Of a stretch of 42,428 nt of DNA, positions 7,044-16,183 are shown piece by piece. A model generated the notes under the pieces. It searched no databases, had not been told where the DNA came from, and saw only the letters and a program-made list of their open reading frames with translations. Origin of the DNA: an uncultured Opitutales bacterium (GTDB taxonomy: Bacteria; Verrucomicrobiota; Verrucomicrobiia; Opitutales; JABDGR01); assembly GCA_964503425.1 (NCBI GenBank), contig CAZDAQ010000004.1, positions 1 through 42,428 on the forward strand. The letters are read 5' to 3'. The first letter of the stretch is position 1; each line of letters begins with the position of its first letter. The position numbers and the translations under genes are program-made.

Positions 7044-9680
7044 ATGGCGCAAAAAATCCAGGTTCTGATAGTCGAAGACCAGGCGGCTGACGCCGAATTG
7101 CTGGTGCGGGAGTTGCGCCGCGGCGGCTTCGACCCGGCCTGGCAGCGGGTGGACACGGAACCAGAGTATCTGCGCCACTTACATGCCGGGCTCGACTTGG
7201 TGCTGTCGGACTTTCAAATGCCGCAATTTAACGGATTGCGGGCGCTGGAATTATTAAAGGAACGCGGACTGGAAGTGCCCTTTATCATCGTTTCCGGCAG
7301 CATTGGCGAGGATGTCGCCGTGGAGGCGATGAAGGGGGGGGCGACGGATTACCTGCTCAAGGACCGGCTGACGCGGCTGGGGGCCGCGGTGGGTCACGCG
7401 TTGGAGGAAAGCCGACTGCGGCGGGAGCGCCGGAAAGCGGAGCAGGCGTTGAAATTATTTCGGGCGCTCGTGGACCGGGGTAACGACTCCTTTGAGGTGG
7501 TGGACCCGGAATCGGGGCGTTTTCTGGATGTGAATGAAAAGGCCTGCGTGGACCATGGCTACACCCGTGAGGAGTATCTGGCGCGGACGGTGTTTGACAT
7601 GGATCCCGGGTTGACGCGCGCGAACTGGGCGGAACGGGTCGCGGCTATCCGCCGCGGCTCCCCGACGAGCATCGAAACCGTGCACCGGCGCAAGGATGGC
7701 ACGACGTTTCCGGTGGAAGTCAGCGTGCGCTGCGTGCAACTGGAACGGGAATACATGGTGGCGGCGGTGCGGGACATCTCCGAGCGGAAGCGCAATGAGT
7801 CAGCGCTAAAGCTGTTTCGGGCGCTGGTGGATCGCAGCAACGACGCTTTTGAGGTGGTGGATCCGGACACGGCGCGGTTTTTGGACGTGAATGAAAAGGG
7901 CTGCATGGACTTGGGCTACACGCGGGAGGAGTTCCTCCAGCTGACGGTGTATGACGTGGATATCCTCGGGTCCCGGGAGGGATGGCCGGAGACCGTGCGC
8001 TCTGTGCGCGCAAATGGCTTCAAACAAGAGCAGACGATGCGCCGCCGCAAGGACGGCACGACGTTTCCGGTCGAGATACGGATCAAGTGGGTGAAACTGG
8101 ATCGCGAATACATGGTGGCAGTCGTGACGGACATCACCGAGCGCCGCCGGGCGGAGGCGGCGCTGCAAGAGAGCGAGGAGCGGTTCCGCCAGTTGGCGGA
8201 TAAAATCACGGAAGTCTTCTGGATGACGAATTGTGAAAGCGGTGACTTGCTTTACGTGAGCCCGGCGTATGAAACCATCTGGGGGCGCACCTGCGCGAGC
8301 CTCTACGAGGCGCCGCACAGCTGGTTGACGGCGATTCACCTGGACGACCGTGCGCGAGTTGAGGCGGCATTAAAGGAGGTGGCGCGCAAGGGAATGTATG
8401 ACGAGATTTACCGGATCATCCGGCCGGACGGCGGGGTGCGGTGGATCCATGACCGGGGCTTCCCCGTGGCCAATGCAGAGGGACGGGTTTACCGCATTGT
8501 GGGAGTGGCGGCGGACATCACGAAACAGCGCCAGCTGGAGGAGCAGTTCCGGCAGGCGCAAAAGATGGAGGCGATGGGGACGCTGGCGGGAGGGATCGCG
8601 CACGATTTCAACAACATCCTGGCGGCGATCAATGGTTACACGGAACTGGCAAAAATGCATGCCACGGGCAATACCAAGGTGCTTGAATATCTGGGCACCG
8701 TCGCGAAGGCCGGGGACCGGGCGGTGAACCTAGTGCGGCAAATCCTGACCTTCAGCCGGCAGCAGGAAGTCCACCGCGTGCCGACGCAACTGCACGAGGC
8801 GGTGGCGGAGTCAGTAAAGCTCCTGCGGGCGACGATACCGACAACGATTGATTTCAGCATTTCCCTGGCGGGCGACACGCCGCCGGTGCTGGCGGACGCG
8901 ACGCAGATCCACCAAATCATGATGAACCTGGGCACGAATGCCTGGCACGCGATGCGGGAGCGGCCCGGGCGTTTGGAGGTGAAGCTGGAGAAGTTTGCCG
9001 TGGACGCGCTTATTGCCGGGACGCATCCGCAGTTGCGACCGGGGGTTTACGCGCGTTTGACGGTGAGTGACACGGGCAAGGGGATGGACCGGGCGACGCT
9101 GGAACGCATTTTCGAGCCGTTCTTCACGACGAAGGAGCCGGGCGAGGGCACGGGCCTGGGGTTGTCCGTGGTGCATGGCATCATGCAGGACCATGATGGG
9201 GCGATCACGGTTTACAGCCAGCCAGGCGAGGGCACGGTGTTTCATCTGTATTTTCCCGCGTATGCGGGAACGGTATCGGCAAGGGATGTTCCAGCGGGAC
9301 TGATAAGCAGAGGCGCGGGAAAGCGCATCCTGTTGGTGGACGATGAGGAAATGCTCGCGAAAATGGGGCAAACGACGCTGGAGCAACTCGGCTACAAGGT
9401 GCAGGCGCTGACGAGCCCGGCGGCGGCGCTGGCGCTGGTGCAGGCCGATCCACGGCAGTTTGACCTGGTGATTACGGACCAGACCATGCCGGAAATGACG
9501 GGGATGGATTTGGCGAGGCAGCTGCAGCAAATCCGGCCGGATTTGCCCATTATCCTGAACAGTGGCTACAGCGCGAACCTGACGGCGGAGCGGACGCGCG
9601 CGGCGGGCATCCGTGAAGTATTGATGAAACCGCACAGCATCCAAACCCTGGCCGAAGCGGTGCAGCGGGCGCTGGCGTAA
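7044..9680 (+). CDS. Hybrid histidine kinase: REC - PAS x3 - HisKA - HATPase_c - REC
   Basis: ORF track 7017..9680, trimmed to ATG 7044 (1 nt after the receiver stop at 7040-7042). N-terminal receiver (VLIVEDQAAD ... LVLSDFQMPQFNG); three PAS domains; HisKA (GGIAHDFNNIL); HATPase (NLGTNAWHAM, VSDTGKGMD, GTGLGLSVV); C-terminal receiver (ILLVDDEE ... LVITDQTMPEMTG ... LMKP). Confidence 0.9.
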   Translation: MAQKIQVLIVEDQAADAELLVRELRRGGFDPAWQRVDTEPEYLRHLHAGLDLVLSDFQMPQFNGLRALELLKERGLEVPFIIVSGSIGEDVAVEAMKGGATDYLLKDRLTRLGAAVGHALEESRLRRERRKAEQALKLFRALVDRGNDSFEVVDPESGRFLDVNEKACVDHGYTREEYLARTVFDMDPGLTRANWAERVAAIRRGSPTSIETVHRRKDGTTFPVEVSVRCVQLEREYMVAAVRDISERKRNESALKLFRALVDRSNDAFEVVDPDTARFLDVNEKGCMDLGYTREEFLQLTVYDVDILGSREGWPETVRSVRANGFKQEQTMRRRKDGTTFPVEIRIKWVKLDREYMVAVVTDITERRRAEAALQESEERFRQLADKITEVFWMTNCESGDLLYVSPAYETIWGRTCASLYEAPHSWLTAIHLDDRARVEAALKEVARKGMYDEIYRIIRPDGGVRWIHDRGFPVANAEGRVYRIVGVAADITKQRQLEEQFRQAQKMEAMGTLAGGIAHDFNNILAAINGYTELAKMHATGNTKVLEYLGTVAKAGDRAVNLVRQILTFSRQQEVHRVPTQLHEAVAESVKLLRATIPTTIDFSISLAGDTPPVLADATQIHQIMMNLGTNAWHAMRERPGRLEVKLEKFAVDALIAGTHPQLRPGVYARLTVSDTGKGMDRATLERIFEPFFTTKEPGEGTGLGLSVVHGIMQDHDGAITVYSQPGEGTVFHLYFPAYAGTVSARDVPAGLISRGAGKRILLVDDEEMLAKMGQTTLEQLGYKVQALTSPAAALALVQADPRQFDLVITDQTMPEMTGMDLARQLQQIRPDLPIILNSGYSANLTAERTRAAGIREVLMKPHSIQTLAEAVQRALA
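7446..8159 (+). repeat. Intragenic tandem duplication, 2 x 357 bp (two 119-aa PAS modules)
   Basis: Both copies begin ALKLFRALVDR and share [25 protein letters not shown] and REYMVA. My hand alignment gives 72/119 identical residues. Confidence 0.8.
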
Positions 9681-9704
9681 GCGCGAAGAAGGCGCGGTGG
9701 CAGC

Positions 9705-11000
9705 TTACAGCAATTCCGCGAGGGCGGCGGCGGTGCGCTGGGTGGCGCCCTGGCTGGCCGCGTGCCAGTCGCGGGCGGCGGCGGACATTTGCGCGCGGCG
9801 GGCGGGGTCTTGCAGGAGGGCGAGGAGGGCGGCTTGAGCAGCGGGGGCGTCGTTCACGCGCAGGGCGGCGCCCGTTTCTTCGAGAGCGCGGGCAATGTCC
9901 TTGAAATTGCTCATGTTCGGCCCGTAAACGAGCGGCACACCGAGCGCGGCGGCCTCGATGGGGGTCTGGCCGCCCTCGTGCGGGGGCAGGCTTTTGCCGA
10001 TGAAGGCGAGGTCGGCGGCCTGGGTGAGGCGAAGGAGTTCGCCGGTGGTGTCGGCGAGGTAAATTTTCACGGGTTGGGGCGGGCGGACGGAAACGGAGCG
10101 GGCGTGCCAGGGGAGGGATTGTTTTTCGAGCAGGGCAATGATTTCGCGACGGCGTTCGGCGTGCCGGGGGACGAGCAGCAGGCGGGCATCGAGGCCGGCG
10201 GCAAGAGCGACGCGGAGGGTTTCGAGGAGGAGCGCTTCTTCGCCGGGCCAGGTGGAGGAGCCGAGGAGCACGAGAGGTTGGCCTCGTATAGGGTCAGAAA
10301 CGAAACCGAGTTCTTCGCGGAGTGCGGCGCGCTCGGCGGGGTTGAGGAATGCTGGGACGGAGACATCGGATTTGAGGCTGCCGGTGAGGCGGGTGCGCGC
10401 GGGGTCGGCACCGAGGGCGACGAAGCGGTCGTGATCGGACGGGGTGGCGCAGAGGATGAGGCGGAGGTTGCCAAACATCCAGCGGGCGAAGGCGGGGAAT
10501 TGCCGATAGCGGCGGAATGAGCGGTCAGAGATACGGGCATTGATGAGGGCGACAGGCACGCCGCGCGCTCGTGCCTGAACAAGGTGCTCGGGCCAGAGCT
10601 CGGCTTCCATGAGGATGGCGAGGTCGGGGTCGAGGCGGCGCCACGCATTGCGGCTGAAGGGCCAGAAATCGAGGGGGAAAATGCCGGTTTTGAGGACATC
10701 CCGGGCGTATTTTTCGCGGACAATATGGTAGGCCGTGCTGGTAGTGGTGGTGAGGACGATTTCGCGGTCGGGGCGGCGCAGTTGGGTGAGGAGCGGGGCG
10801 AGAGCCTGGGCTTCGCCGACGCTGACGGCCTGCACCCAGAGCCGCCGGACGCCGGAGGGCTTGGGCGGCGGGCGGTCAATCAGGCCGAAGCGGTGATGGA
10901 AGTCGTGTCGGTAGCCGCCGCGGCGCCACATGCGCCAGGCGTAATATGGCAGGGAACAAAGCAGCGCCGGAAGGAACAAAAGTCTATACAGCCAGATCAT
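9705..11000 (-). CDS. waaA: 3-deoxy-D-manno-octulosonic acid (Kdo) transferase
   Basis: ORF track. The N-terminal anchor MIWLYRLLFLPALL, WVQAVSVGEAQALAPL, and the C-terminal GKSLPPHEGGQTPIEAAALGVPLVYGP resemble the KdtA/WaaA (GT30) signature regions. Confidence 0.85.
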   Translation of the reverse strand: MIWLYRLLFLPALLCSLPYYAWRMWRRGGYRHDFHHRFGLIDRPPPKPSGVRRLWVQAVSVGEAQALAPLLTQLRRPDREIVLTTTTSTAYHIVREKYARDVLKTGIFPLDFWPFSRNAWRRLDPDLAILMEAELWPEHLVQARARGVPVALINARISDRSFRRYRQFPAFARWMFGNLRLILCATPSDHDRFVALGADPARTRLTGSLKSDVSVPAFLNPAERAALREELGFVSDPIRGQPLVLLGSSTWPGEEALLLETLRVALAAGLDARLLLVPRHAERRREIIALLEKQSLPWHARSVSVRPPQPVKIYLADTTGELLRLTQAADLAFIGKSLPPHEGGQTPIEAAALGVPLVYGPNMSNFKDIARALEETGAALRVNDAPAAQAALLALLQDPARRAQMSAAARDWHAASQGATQRTAAALAELL

Positions 11001-11101
11001 CGCGTATGGGCAGATGCCGGGAAGGTTTGCGCTCCCGGCGTAAAAGCCCTAAAGCAGCGGCTATTTGGTGAAAACGCAACCCCGCAAACCCTACTCGCAC
11101 A

Positions 11102-14002
11102 ATGACATTTAAACGATTTTTGCCCCTGGCCCTGGCTGGCGGGCTGCTTTGGGCTTCCTTTTGCTCCGCCGCGGAGACGCCGGCCGCACCCGCGCAGCCC
11201 TGGCCGCAGGCCGGGAGCGACTTGAAGCCGGACGAGAAGGCGGTCTTCGGCACGCTGCCGAACGGGTTTCGCTACCTGATTTTGCCCAATGCCGAGCCGC
11301 CGGGGCGAGTGAGCCTGGAGCTGCGGGTGAATGCCGGTTCGCTGATGGAGAACGAGGACCAGCGCGGGCTGGCGCATTTCCTCGAGCACGCGGCCTTCAA
11401 GGGCTCGACGCATTATCCGCCGGGGACACTGATTAACGATTTGCAGCGGATGGGGATGGGGTTCGGGACGGACACGAACGGGCACACCAGCTACCACGAA
11501 ACGGTTTTCGTGCTGGATCCGCCGGGGAACTCGGGGAAGCTGCTCACGGACAGCCTGCAACTCATGCGCGACTACGCGGACGGGCTGCTGCTGCAGGAAG
11601 ACCAGATTGACGGCGAACGGGGTGTAATTTTGTCCGAGAAGCGGGACCGGGACAACGTGGACTACCGGACGTTTGTCGCGGGGTGGAACTTTTATTTTCC
11701 GGAATCGCGGCTGCCGTTGCGCGAGCCCATTGGGCTCGAAAGCGTGATCAAGGAGGCGCAGCGCGACCGGTTCGAGAATTTTTACCAGAACTGGTATACT
11801 CCGGACCGGCTGACTTTGGTGGTGGTTGGAGATGTGAAACCGGGAGACCTGGCGCCGTTGATCGAGCAGTATTTTGGGTCGCTGGCGCCGAAAGCGGCGC
11901 GGCCCGACCCGGATTTGGGGAAGTTCGACTCGGCGGGTTTTGCGGCGAAATATTACCACGACCCCGAGGAGCCGGCGACGACGATCACGCTGATGACAAT
12001 TGCGCCATTCACCCGCGGCCCGGACAACGCGAGCCGGCGGGCGATGGAGCTGCGGCTGGACGCCGCGAATTTCATCCTGTCGCGCCGGCTGGAACGAGTG
12101 GCGCGGCAGCCGGACGCACCGATTGCCAAGGGCGACGCCTCGGACTTCACGCTGTTCAATGCGGCGGAGGGTTCGGCGATTGAGACGGTGTGCCAGCCGG
12201 CGCAATGGCAGGCGGCGTTGAATGTGACCGAGCAGCAGTTGCGCGGCGCGCTGCAATATGGATTCACGACGGCGGAGGTGGATGAGGCGCGGGCGAGCAT
12301 GTTGAACGATTACCAGGAAGCGGCGAAGACTGCAGCGACGCGCAAGTCGCGCGAACTGTCCGATGAAGTCGTGGGCAGCCTGGACGACCAACGGGTCTTC
12401 ACGAGCCCGGCGGACGACCTGGCGTGGGCGCAGCCGCAACTGGCGGCGTTGACGCCGGCGAATTGCCTGGAGGCCTTTAGCGCGGAGTGGGCCAAGGGTG
12501 GGCGGCGGCTGTTTATGAGCGGTAATTTTGACCTGCCGGATGCGGATGCGACGCTGGCGGCGGCATATCAGAAGAGCGCGGCCACGCCGGTGGAAAAACC
12601 CGCGGACTCCGGGACGCAGATTTTTGCCTATGCCTCAACCGGCACGCCAGGGCAGGTCGTCGAGCGCGTGGAGCATCCCGAATTGGGCATCGTGCAATTG
12701 CGGTTTGCGAACAACGTGCGGGTGAATTTGAAGCACACGGATTTTGAAGCGGACAAGGTGCGCGTGCTGGTGAATTTCGGGGGCGGCTCGCTGGACATTC
12801 CGACGGCGCAGCCAGCGGTGGGCTTTGTGGCGGGCGCGGTATTCACGGAAGGCGGCGTGGGCAAGCACAGCGCGGAGGACTTGGAGCGGCTGCTGGCGGG
12901 CAAGACCGTCGGCGCAAATTTCGGCGTGGACACCGATTTCTTCGACCTCGGCGGCGTGACCAATGGGCGGGACTTGCGGCTGGAGCTGGAATTGCTGCGC
13001 GCCTACCTGACGGACCCCGGATACCGGCCGGAGGCGCTGGGAGAGGCGCGGCGGCAGTTTCCGCAGCTATATAACCAGTTGCACGAGGATGTGGAGGCGG
13101 TGCTGGGGAACGACGTGACGCGCTATGTGAGTGGCGGAGGTTTTCGTTTTGGAGTGCCCCCGCAGGCGCAGGCGCAGGCGGTGACGATGGAGGACATCCG
13201 CGCGTGGCTGGCGCCGATTTTGCAGCAGAGCTACCTGGAGATTTCGCTAGTTGGCGATTTTGACCCGGCGGCAGCCGAGGCGGCACTGGCGGCGACCTTT
13301 GGCACGCTGCCGACGCGGGCGGAAAAGCGGGCAGATTACGCGGCAGCGCTGACGGCGCAGTTCCCCGCGCAGGAGGCCGGAACGGTCAAGACCTTCACCG
13401 CGCAGACGGCGATCCCGAAGGCGGTGGCCGCGGTTTATTGGGCGACGTGCGACATGAGCGACATCCAGCGGACGCGATGCCTGAGCGTGCTGGCCGAAGT
13501 GCTGGGCGACCGGCTGCGGGTGCAGATCCGGCAGGAGCTGGGGCAGGCCTACAGCCCGTTCGCGCACAACAGTTCCAGTGATGTGTATCCAAAATTTGGA
13601 TACAGCATGGCGTTGTGCCTGGCCGATCCGGCGAAGGCGGCGGCCTTGGACGACAAGATGCGGGCCATCGGCGCGGCGGCGGCGCAGGACGGGGTGACGG
13701 CGGACGAGTTTAACCGGGCGATTGTGCCGCTGCGGAAGTCACTCGCGGAATACCTGCGCAACAACGAATACTGGCTGCACCGGGTGGTGGCGGGCTCGCA
13801 GGCGCACCCCGAGCAACTGGCATGGGCACGCACACTGCCGACTGGCTATGATGGCATTACGGCGGACCAAGTCAGCGCACTAGCAAAGCAATACCTCGGG
13901 GCCGACAAGGCAGTGCGCGTGCTGGTGGTGCCGGAGACGCCGGCAGGGACGGCAGGGAGTTTGCTGACAACGGGATCGGCTGCGAAACCGGCCAACCCTT
14001 AG
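11102..14002 (+). CDS. Secreted M16 (pitrilysin/insulinase) family zinc peptidase, double-length form
   Basis: ORF track. Signal peptide MTFKRFLPLALAGGLLWASFCSAAE. Inverted zinc motif HFLEH (HxxEH) near the N-terminus. The 966-aa length is consistent with fused active and inactive M16 halves. Confidence 0.85.
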   Translation: MTFKRFLPLALAGGLLWASFCSAAETPAAPAQPWPQAGSDLKPDEKAVFGTLPNGFRYLILPNAEPPGRVSLELRVNAGSLMENEDQRGLAHFLEHAAFKGSTHYPPGTLINDLQRMGMGFGTDTNGHTSYHETVFVLDPPGNSGKLLTDSLQLMRDYADGLLLQEDQIDGERGVILSEKRDRDNVDYRTFVAGWNFYFPESRLPLREPIGLESVIKEAQRDRFENFYQNWYTPDRLTLVVVGDVKPGDLAPLIEQYFGSLAPKAARPDPDLGKFDSAGFAAKYYHDPEEPATTITLMTIAPFTRGPDNASRRAMELRLDAANFILSRRLERVARQPDAPIAKGDASDFTLFNAAEGSAIETVCQPAQWQAALNVTEQQLRGALQYGFTTAEVDEARASMLNDYQEAAKTAATRKSRELSDEVVGSLDDQRVFTSPADDLAWAQPQLAALTPANCLEAFSAEWAKGGRRLFMSGNFDLPDADATLAAAYQKSAATPVEKPADSGTQIFAYASTGTPGQVVERVEHPELGIVQLRFANNVRVNLKHTDFEADKVRVLVNFGGGSLDIPTAQPAVGFVAGAVFTEGGVGKHSAEDLERLLAGKTVGANFGVDTDFFDLGGVTNGRDLRLELELLRAYLTDPGYRPEALGEARRQFPQLYNQLHEDVEAVLGNDVTRYVSGGGFRFGVPPQAQAQAVTMEDIRAWLAPILQQSYLEISLVGDFDPAAAEAALAATFGTLPTRAEKRADYAAALTAQFPAQEAGTVKTFTAQTAIPKAVAAVYWATCDMSDIQRTRCLSVLAEVLGDRLRVQIRQELGQAYSPFAHNSSSDVYPKFGYSMALCLADPAKAAALDDKMRAIGAAAAQDGVTADEFNRAIVPLRKSLAEYLRNNEYWLHRVVAGSQAHPEQLAWARTLPTGYDGITADQVSALAKQYLGADKAVRVLVVPETPAGTAGSLLTTGSAAKPANP

Positions 14003-14010
14003 ATCGCCTA

Positions 14011-15348
14011 TTACTTCTTCTGAAAAGTGAGCACGAGCGTGGGCTGCGACAGGTCCATCAGCGGGTCTTCGGGCGCGGGGCCGGTGGAGATCAGCGCGGT
14101 GGCATAGCGGCTGCCGCCGGAATCCTTGAGAGACGTGCCGACGGAGTAGAGCAGGCCGCGGGAGCGGTCATATTGGAAAGGCTGGCCTTCCAGCGGTTGT
14201 GAGGGCAGCGCGGGCAGGTAGCGGGGCACCAGGGACGCGAGCGTGAGCGGGAGGGTGCCATGCTCGACATAGTAAACGCGCATTGCATAGCCCGTGCGCA
14301 GGAGCCGGTCCATGGCGACTTCCCAGTAGGGATACTGCAAGACTTTGGGCGAAAGCGCCGTGGAGATGAGGAAGGCGTGGCCGCCGGAGTTGGGCGCCAG
14401 GAAGGCGAGGCCGGAATGGGGGTGCACGTTGCGGGCCTCAAGCGGGGAGAAATTAATGTCGGCATAGGGAAGCTGCAGAGCTTTGCCCCAGGAGCCGTAA
14501 AAATCCGCCAGTTCGCGGTGGGTGGCGTTGGGCTTGAAGGTGAGGCGGTCCCAGAGGAATTTCAGGTAATCCAGGCCATGGGCCTTGGGTGGGTAGCGAT
14601 ACGCCTGGGCCAATTGGCTGTTAGCCACCTGATAGGTGAGGTCGAGGGTGCGCTGGAACGCGGCCAGAGAGGGCGCATTGGTTTCATAGGCATGCGCGAG
14701 GGTGTCGAGTTGGGCTTCGGGCAGGCTGGGAGCGTTGAGCAGGTCGCGCGCGGACAGGGCGGACAGGCCATAGACGGCGTTGGCATTCAGGTATTGAGTG
14801 ATGAAAGTGTACCCTTCCGTCAGGCGCGAAGCCAGGCGACGCAGGCGCAGGGTGTCTTTTGTCGCGGTGGCGTAATCGCCTTTTTGCAGGCTGCGGATGA
14901 CTTCGAGCCGGAGCGCCTGGGCCACGGCGAACGCGATGGGCACGTCGGGCAATGGGGTGCCCCCGGAGATATCCCCGGTGTTTTCGAAATGGGGCAGGGC
15001 GAGGACTTTGTCGAGCTGGGTGAAGGTTGGCTGGGCTTGGGCGAGGAAGGTGTCCACCAAGGGAGTGGGCGTGTCCGTGCGGATGCGGGGCAGGGGCGCG
15101 GTGTCCGTCCCGCCTTGATACTTGGTGAAGGCGTCGAAATCGAGCGCGGTTACCGGGAGATGGCGGAGTTGGACGAGGCCGTTTTGCTCGTCGGCAATCG
15201 CCGGGAGGTGGAGGCGCAGGGCGGAGTCATCCCGAGGCGGTTCATCCCAAAGGTAAAACCAGCCAAAGGCTACCAGCAGGAGGATGGCTACCACCCAAGG
15301 CCAGCGACGCTTGGGGCGGAGAGGGGGCCGGGGACGTCGTCCATACAT
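14011..15348 (-). CDS. Hypothetical protein with an N-terminal membrane anchor
   Basis: ORF track. An Arg/Pro-rich N-terminus is followed by one TM helix (WPWVVAILLLVAFGWFYLW). No catalytic motif recognised. Its stop lies 8 nt from the stop of the convergent M16 gene. Confidence 0.6.
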   Translation of the reverse strand: MYGRRPRPPLRPKRRWPWVVAILLLVAFGWFYLWDEPPRDDSALRLHLPAIADEQNGLVQLRHLPVTALDFDAFTKYQGGTDTAPLPRIRTDTPTPLVDTFLAQAQPTFTQLDKVLALPHFENTGDISGGTPLPDVPIAFAVAQALRLEVIRSLQKGDYATATKDTLRLRRLASRLTEGYTFITQYLNANAVYGLSALSARDLLNAPSLPEAQLDTLAHAYETNAPSLAAFQRTLDLTYQVANSQLAQAYRYPPKAHGLDYLKFLWDRLTFKPNATHRELADFYGSWGKALQLPYADINFSPLEARNVHPHSGLAFLAPNSGGHAFLISTALSPKVLQYPYWEVAMDRLLRTGYAMRVYYVEHGTLPLTLASLVPRYLPALPSQPLEGQPFQYDRSRGLLYSVGTSLKDSGGSRYATALISTGPAPEDPLMDLSQPTLVLTFQKK

Positions 15349-15414
15349 GATTTCCTAACATAACCCCTTAATGGTGAACCCGCAAACGGAAATAGAAACG
15401 CACAGGCCGGCCAA

Positions 15415-16068
15415 TCAAGGGGTGCGGACGACCTCGTAGATGGCATAGCCCGCGAGGACGCGCGGCCAGAAGCGGCAGGGAGTGCGCCAGTCACCGGCGA
15501 GGAAGGCGCGGCGGACGACGCGGGCGCCGTGGGCGGTGCAGAACTGGCGGAATTCGCCGACGGCGACGGGATTGGTCGGGTGGCTGTCATACCACGGCTC
15601 GGGGTAAACCTCGTTTTGCACGCGGTGGCCGCGCCACAGCATGTTCCAGCGGTTGATCCAGAAGCCGTGGTTGACAAAGCCGACGGCTACGCGGCGGCCC
15701 ACGCTCAGGGCGCGATCCAAGACTACCGCGGGCTGGGCGAGCTCCTGAATCGTGCGGGAGCAGACGACCCAGTCGAAGGAGTTGTCGGGGAAAATGCTGA
15801 GGACATCGAGAATGTCGCCCTGGTAGACGGGGACGCCGCGGGCGACGCAATCAATAATTTTGTGGAGGTCGTTGTCCACGCCCATGACTTGGGCGCGCTT
15901 GGTTTGCTGGAGGTGTTCGAGCAGGATGCCGCGCCCACAGCCGAGGTCGAGGACGCGGCTGCCCGGCTCAATCCAGTCGCTGAGGATGTGCAGGTCGGTG
16001 TCCTGCTTGACCAATTCACGCGCGGTGGCGTTGGGTATGGTGCTGGACGTGTTTGCGGTGGCCTCCAT
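15415..16068 (-). CDS. metW: MetW-family methyltransferase-fold protein
   Basis: ORF track. DLHILSDWIEPGSRVLDLGCGRGILLEHL (SAM-binding GxGxG), SFDWVVCSRTIQEL, VGFVNHGFWINRW and the C-terminal YAIYEV are colinear with the MetW family as I remember it from pseudomonads. Confidence 0.8.
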   Translation of the reverse strand: MEATANTSSTIPNATARELVKQDTDLHILSDWIEPGSRVLDLGCGRGILLEHLQQTKRAQVMGVDNDLHKIIDCVARGVPVYQGDILDVLSIFPDNSFDWVVCSRTIQELAQPAVVLDRALSVGRRVAVGFVNHGFWINRWNMLWRGHRVQNEVYPEPWYDSHPTNPVAVGEFRQFCTAHGARVVRRAFLAGDWRTPCRFWPRVLAGYAIYEVVRTP

Positions 16069-16078
16069 GCGGATAAAT

Positions 16079-16113
16079 GCAGAATTCTGAATTTAGAATG
16101 CAGAATGCTGAAG
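16079..16113. repeat. Five phased 7-bp units (GCAGAAT TCTGAAT TTAGAAT GCAGAAT GCTGAAG) in the metW-like 5' region
   Basis: Read directly. GAAT recurs at 16082, 16089, 16096 and 16103, with GAAG at 16110. The 10-mer AATGCAGAAT occurs twice (16076-16085 and 16097-16106), 21 bp apart. The repeat embeds the palindrome AGAATTCT (16081-16088) and starts about 10 nt upstream of the metW-like ATG (16068, minus strand). Confidence 0.6.
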
Positions 16114-16183
16114 GCGAGGCAACCTCCCGCGAAGCGGGGATAGGGCGCCAGGCTTTGGCGAAACTCGGTCGGGTAGATATCAA

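Noticed and set aside
7334-7341. G8 tracts in the hybrid kinase (7334-7341) and the AsmA-like gene (38839-38846) as phase-variation switches.
   Set aside because: They lie deep inside conserved domains as Gly-Gly codons. They are better read as the background frequency of G-runs in this GC-rich genome, and they serve as a caution for the G9 finding.
10997-12439. Very long antisense or alternative-frame ORFs in the track: 10997-12439 (-, 480 aa), 4932-5951 (-), 34162-35706 (-), 30791-31882 (-), 150-992 (+), 2402-3688 (+), 16271-17542 (+), 14260-15363 (+), 24042-25145 (-).
   Set aside because: Each lies opposite or out of frame to a CDS with clear family motifs. Their translations are Arg/Pro/Gly/His-rich low-complexity sequence with no motifs. 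That is the usual stop-codon-poor shadow ORF pattern of GC-rich DNA.
16124-16140. A hairpin (CTCCCGC GAA GCGGGGA) as the intrinsic terminator of the E2 gene.
   Set aside because: It has only 5-6 bp including a wobble pair, and no U-tract on the transcribed (minus) strand.
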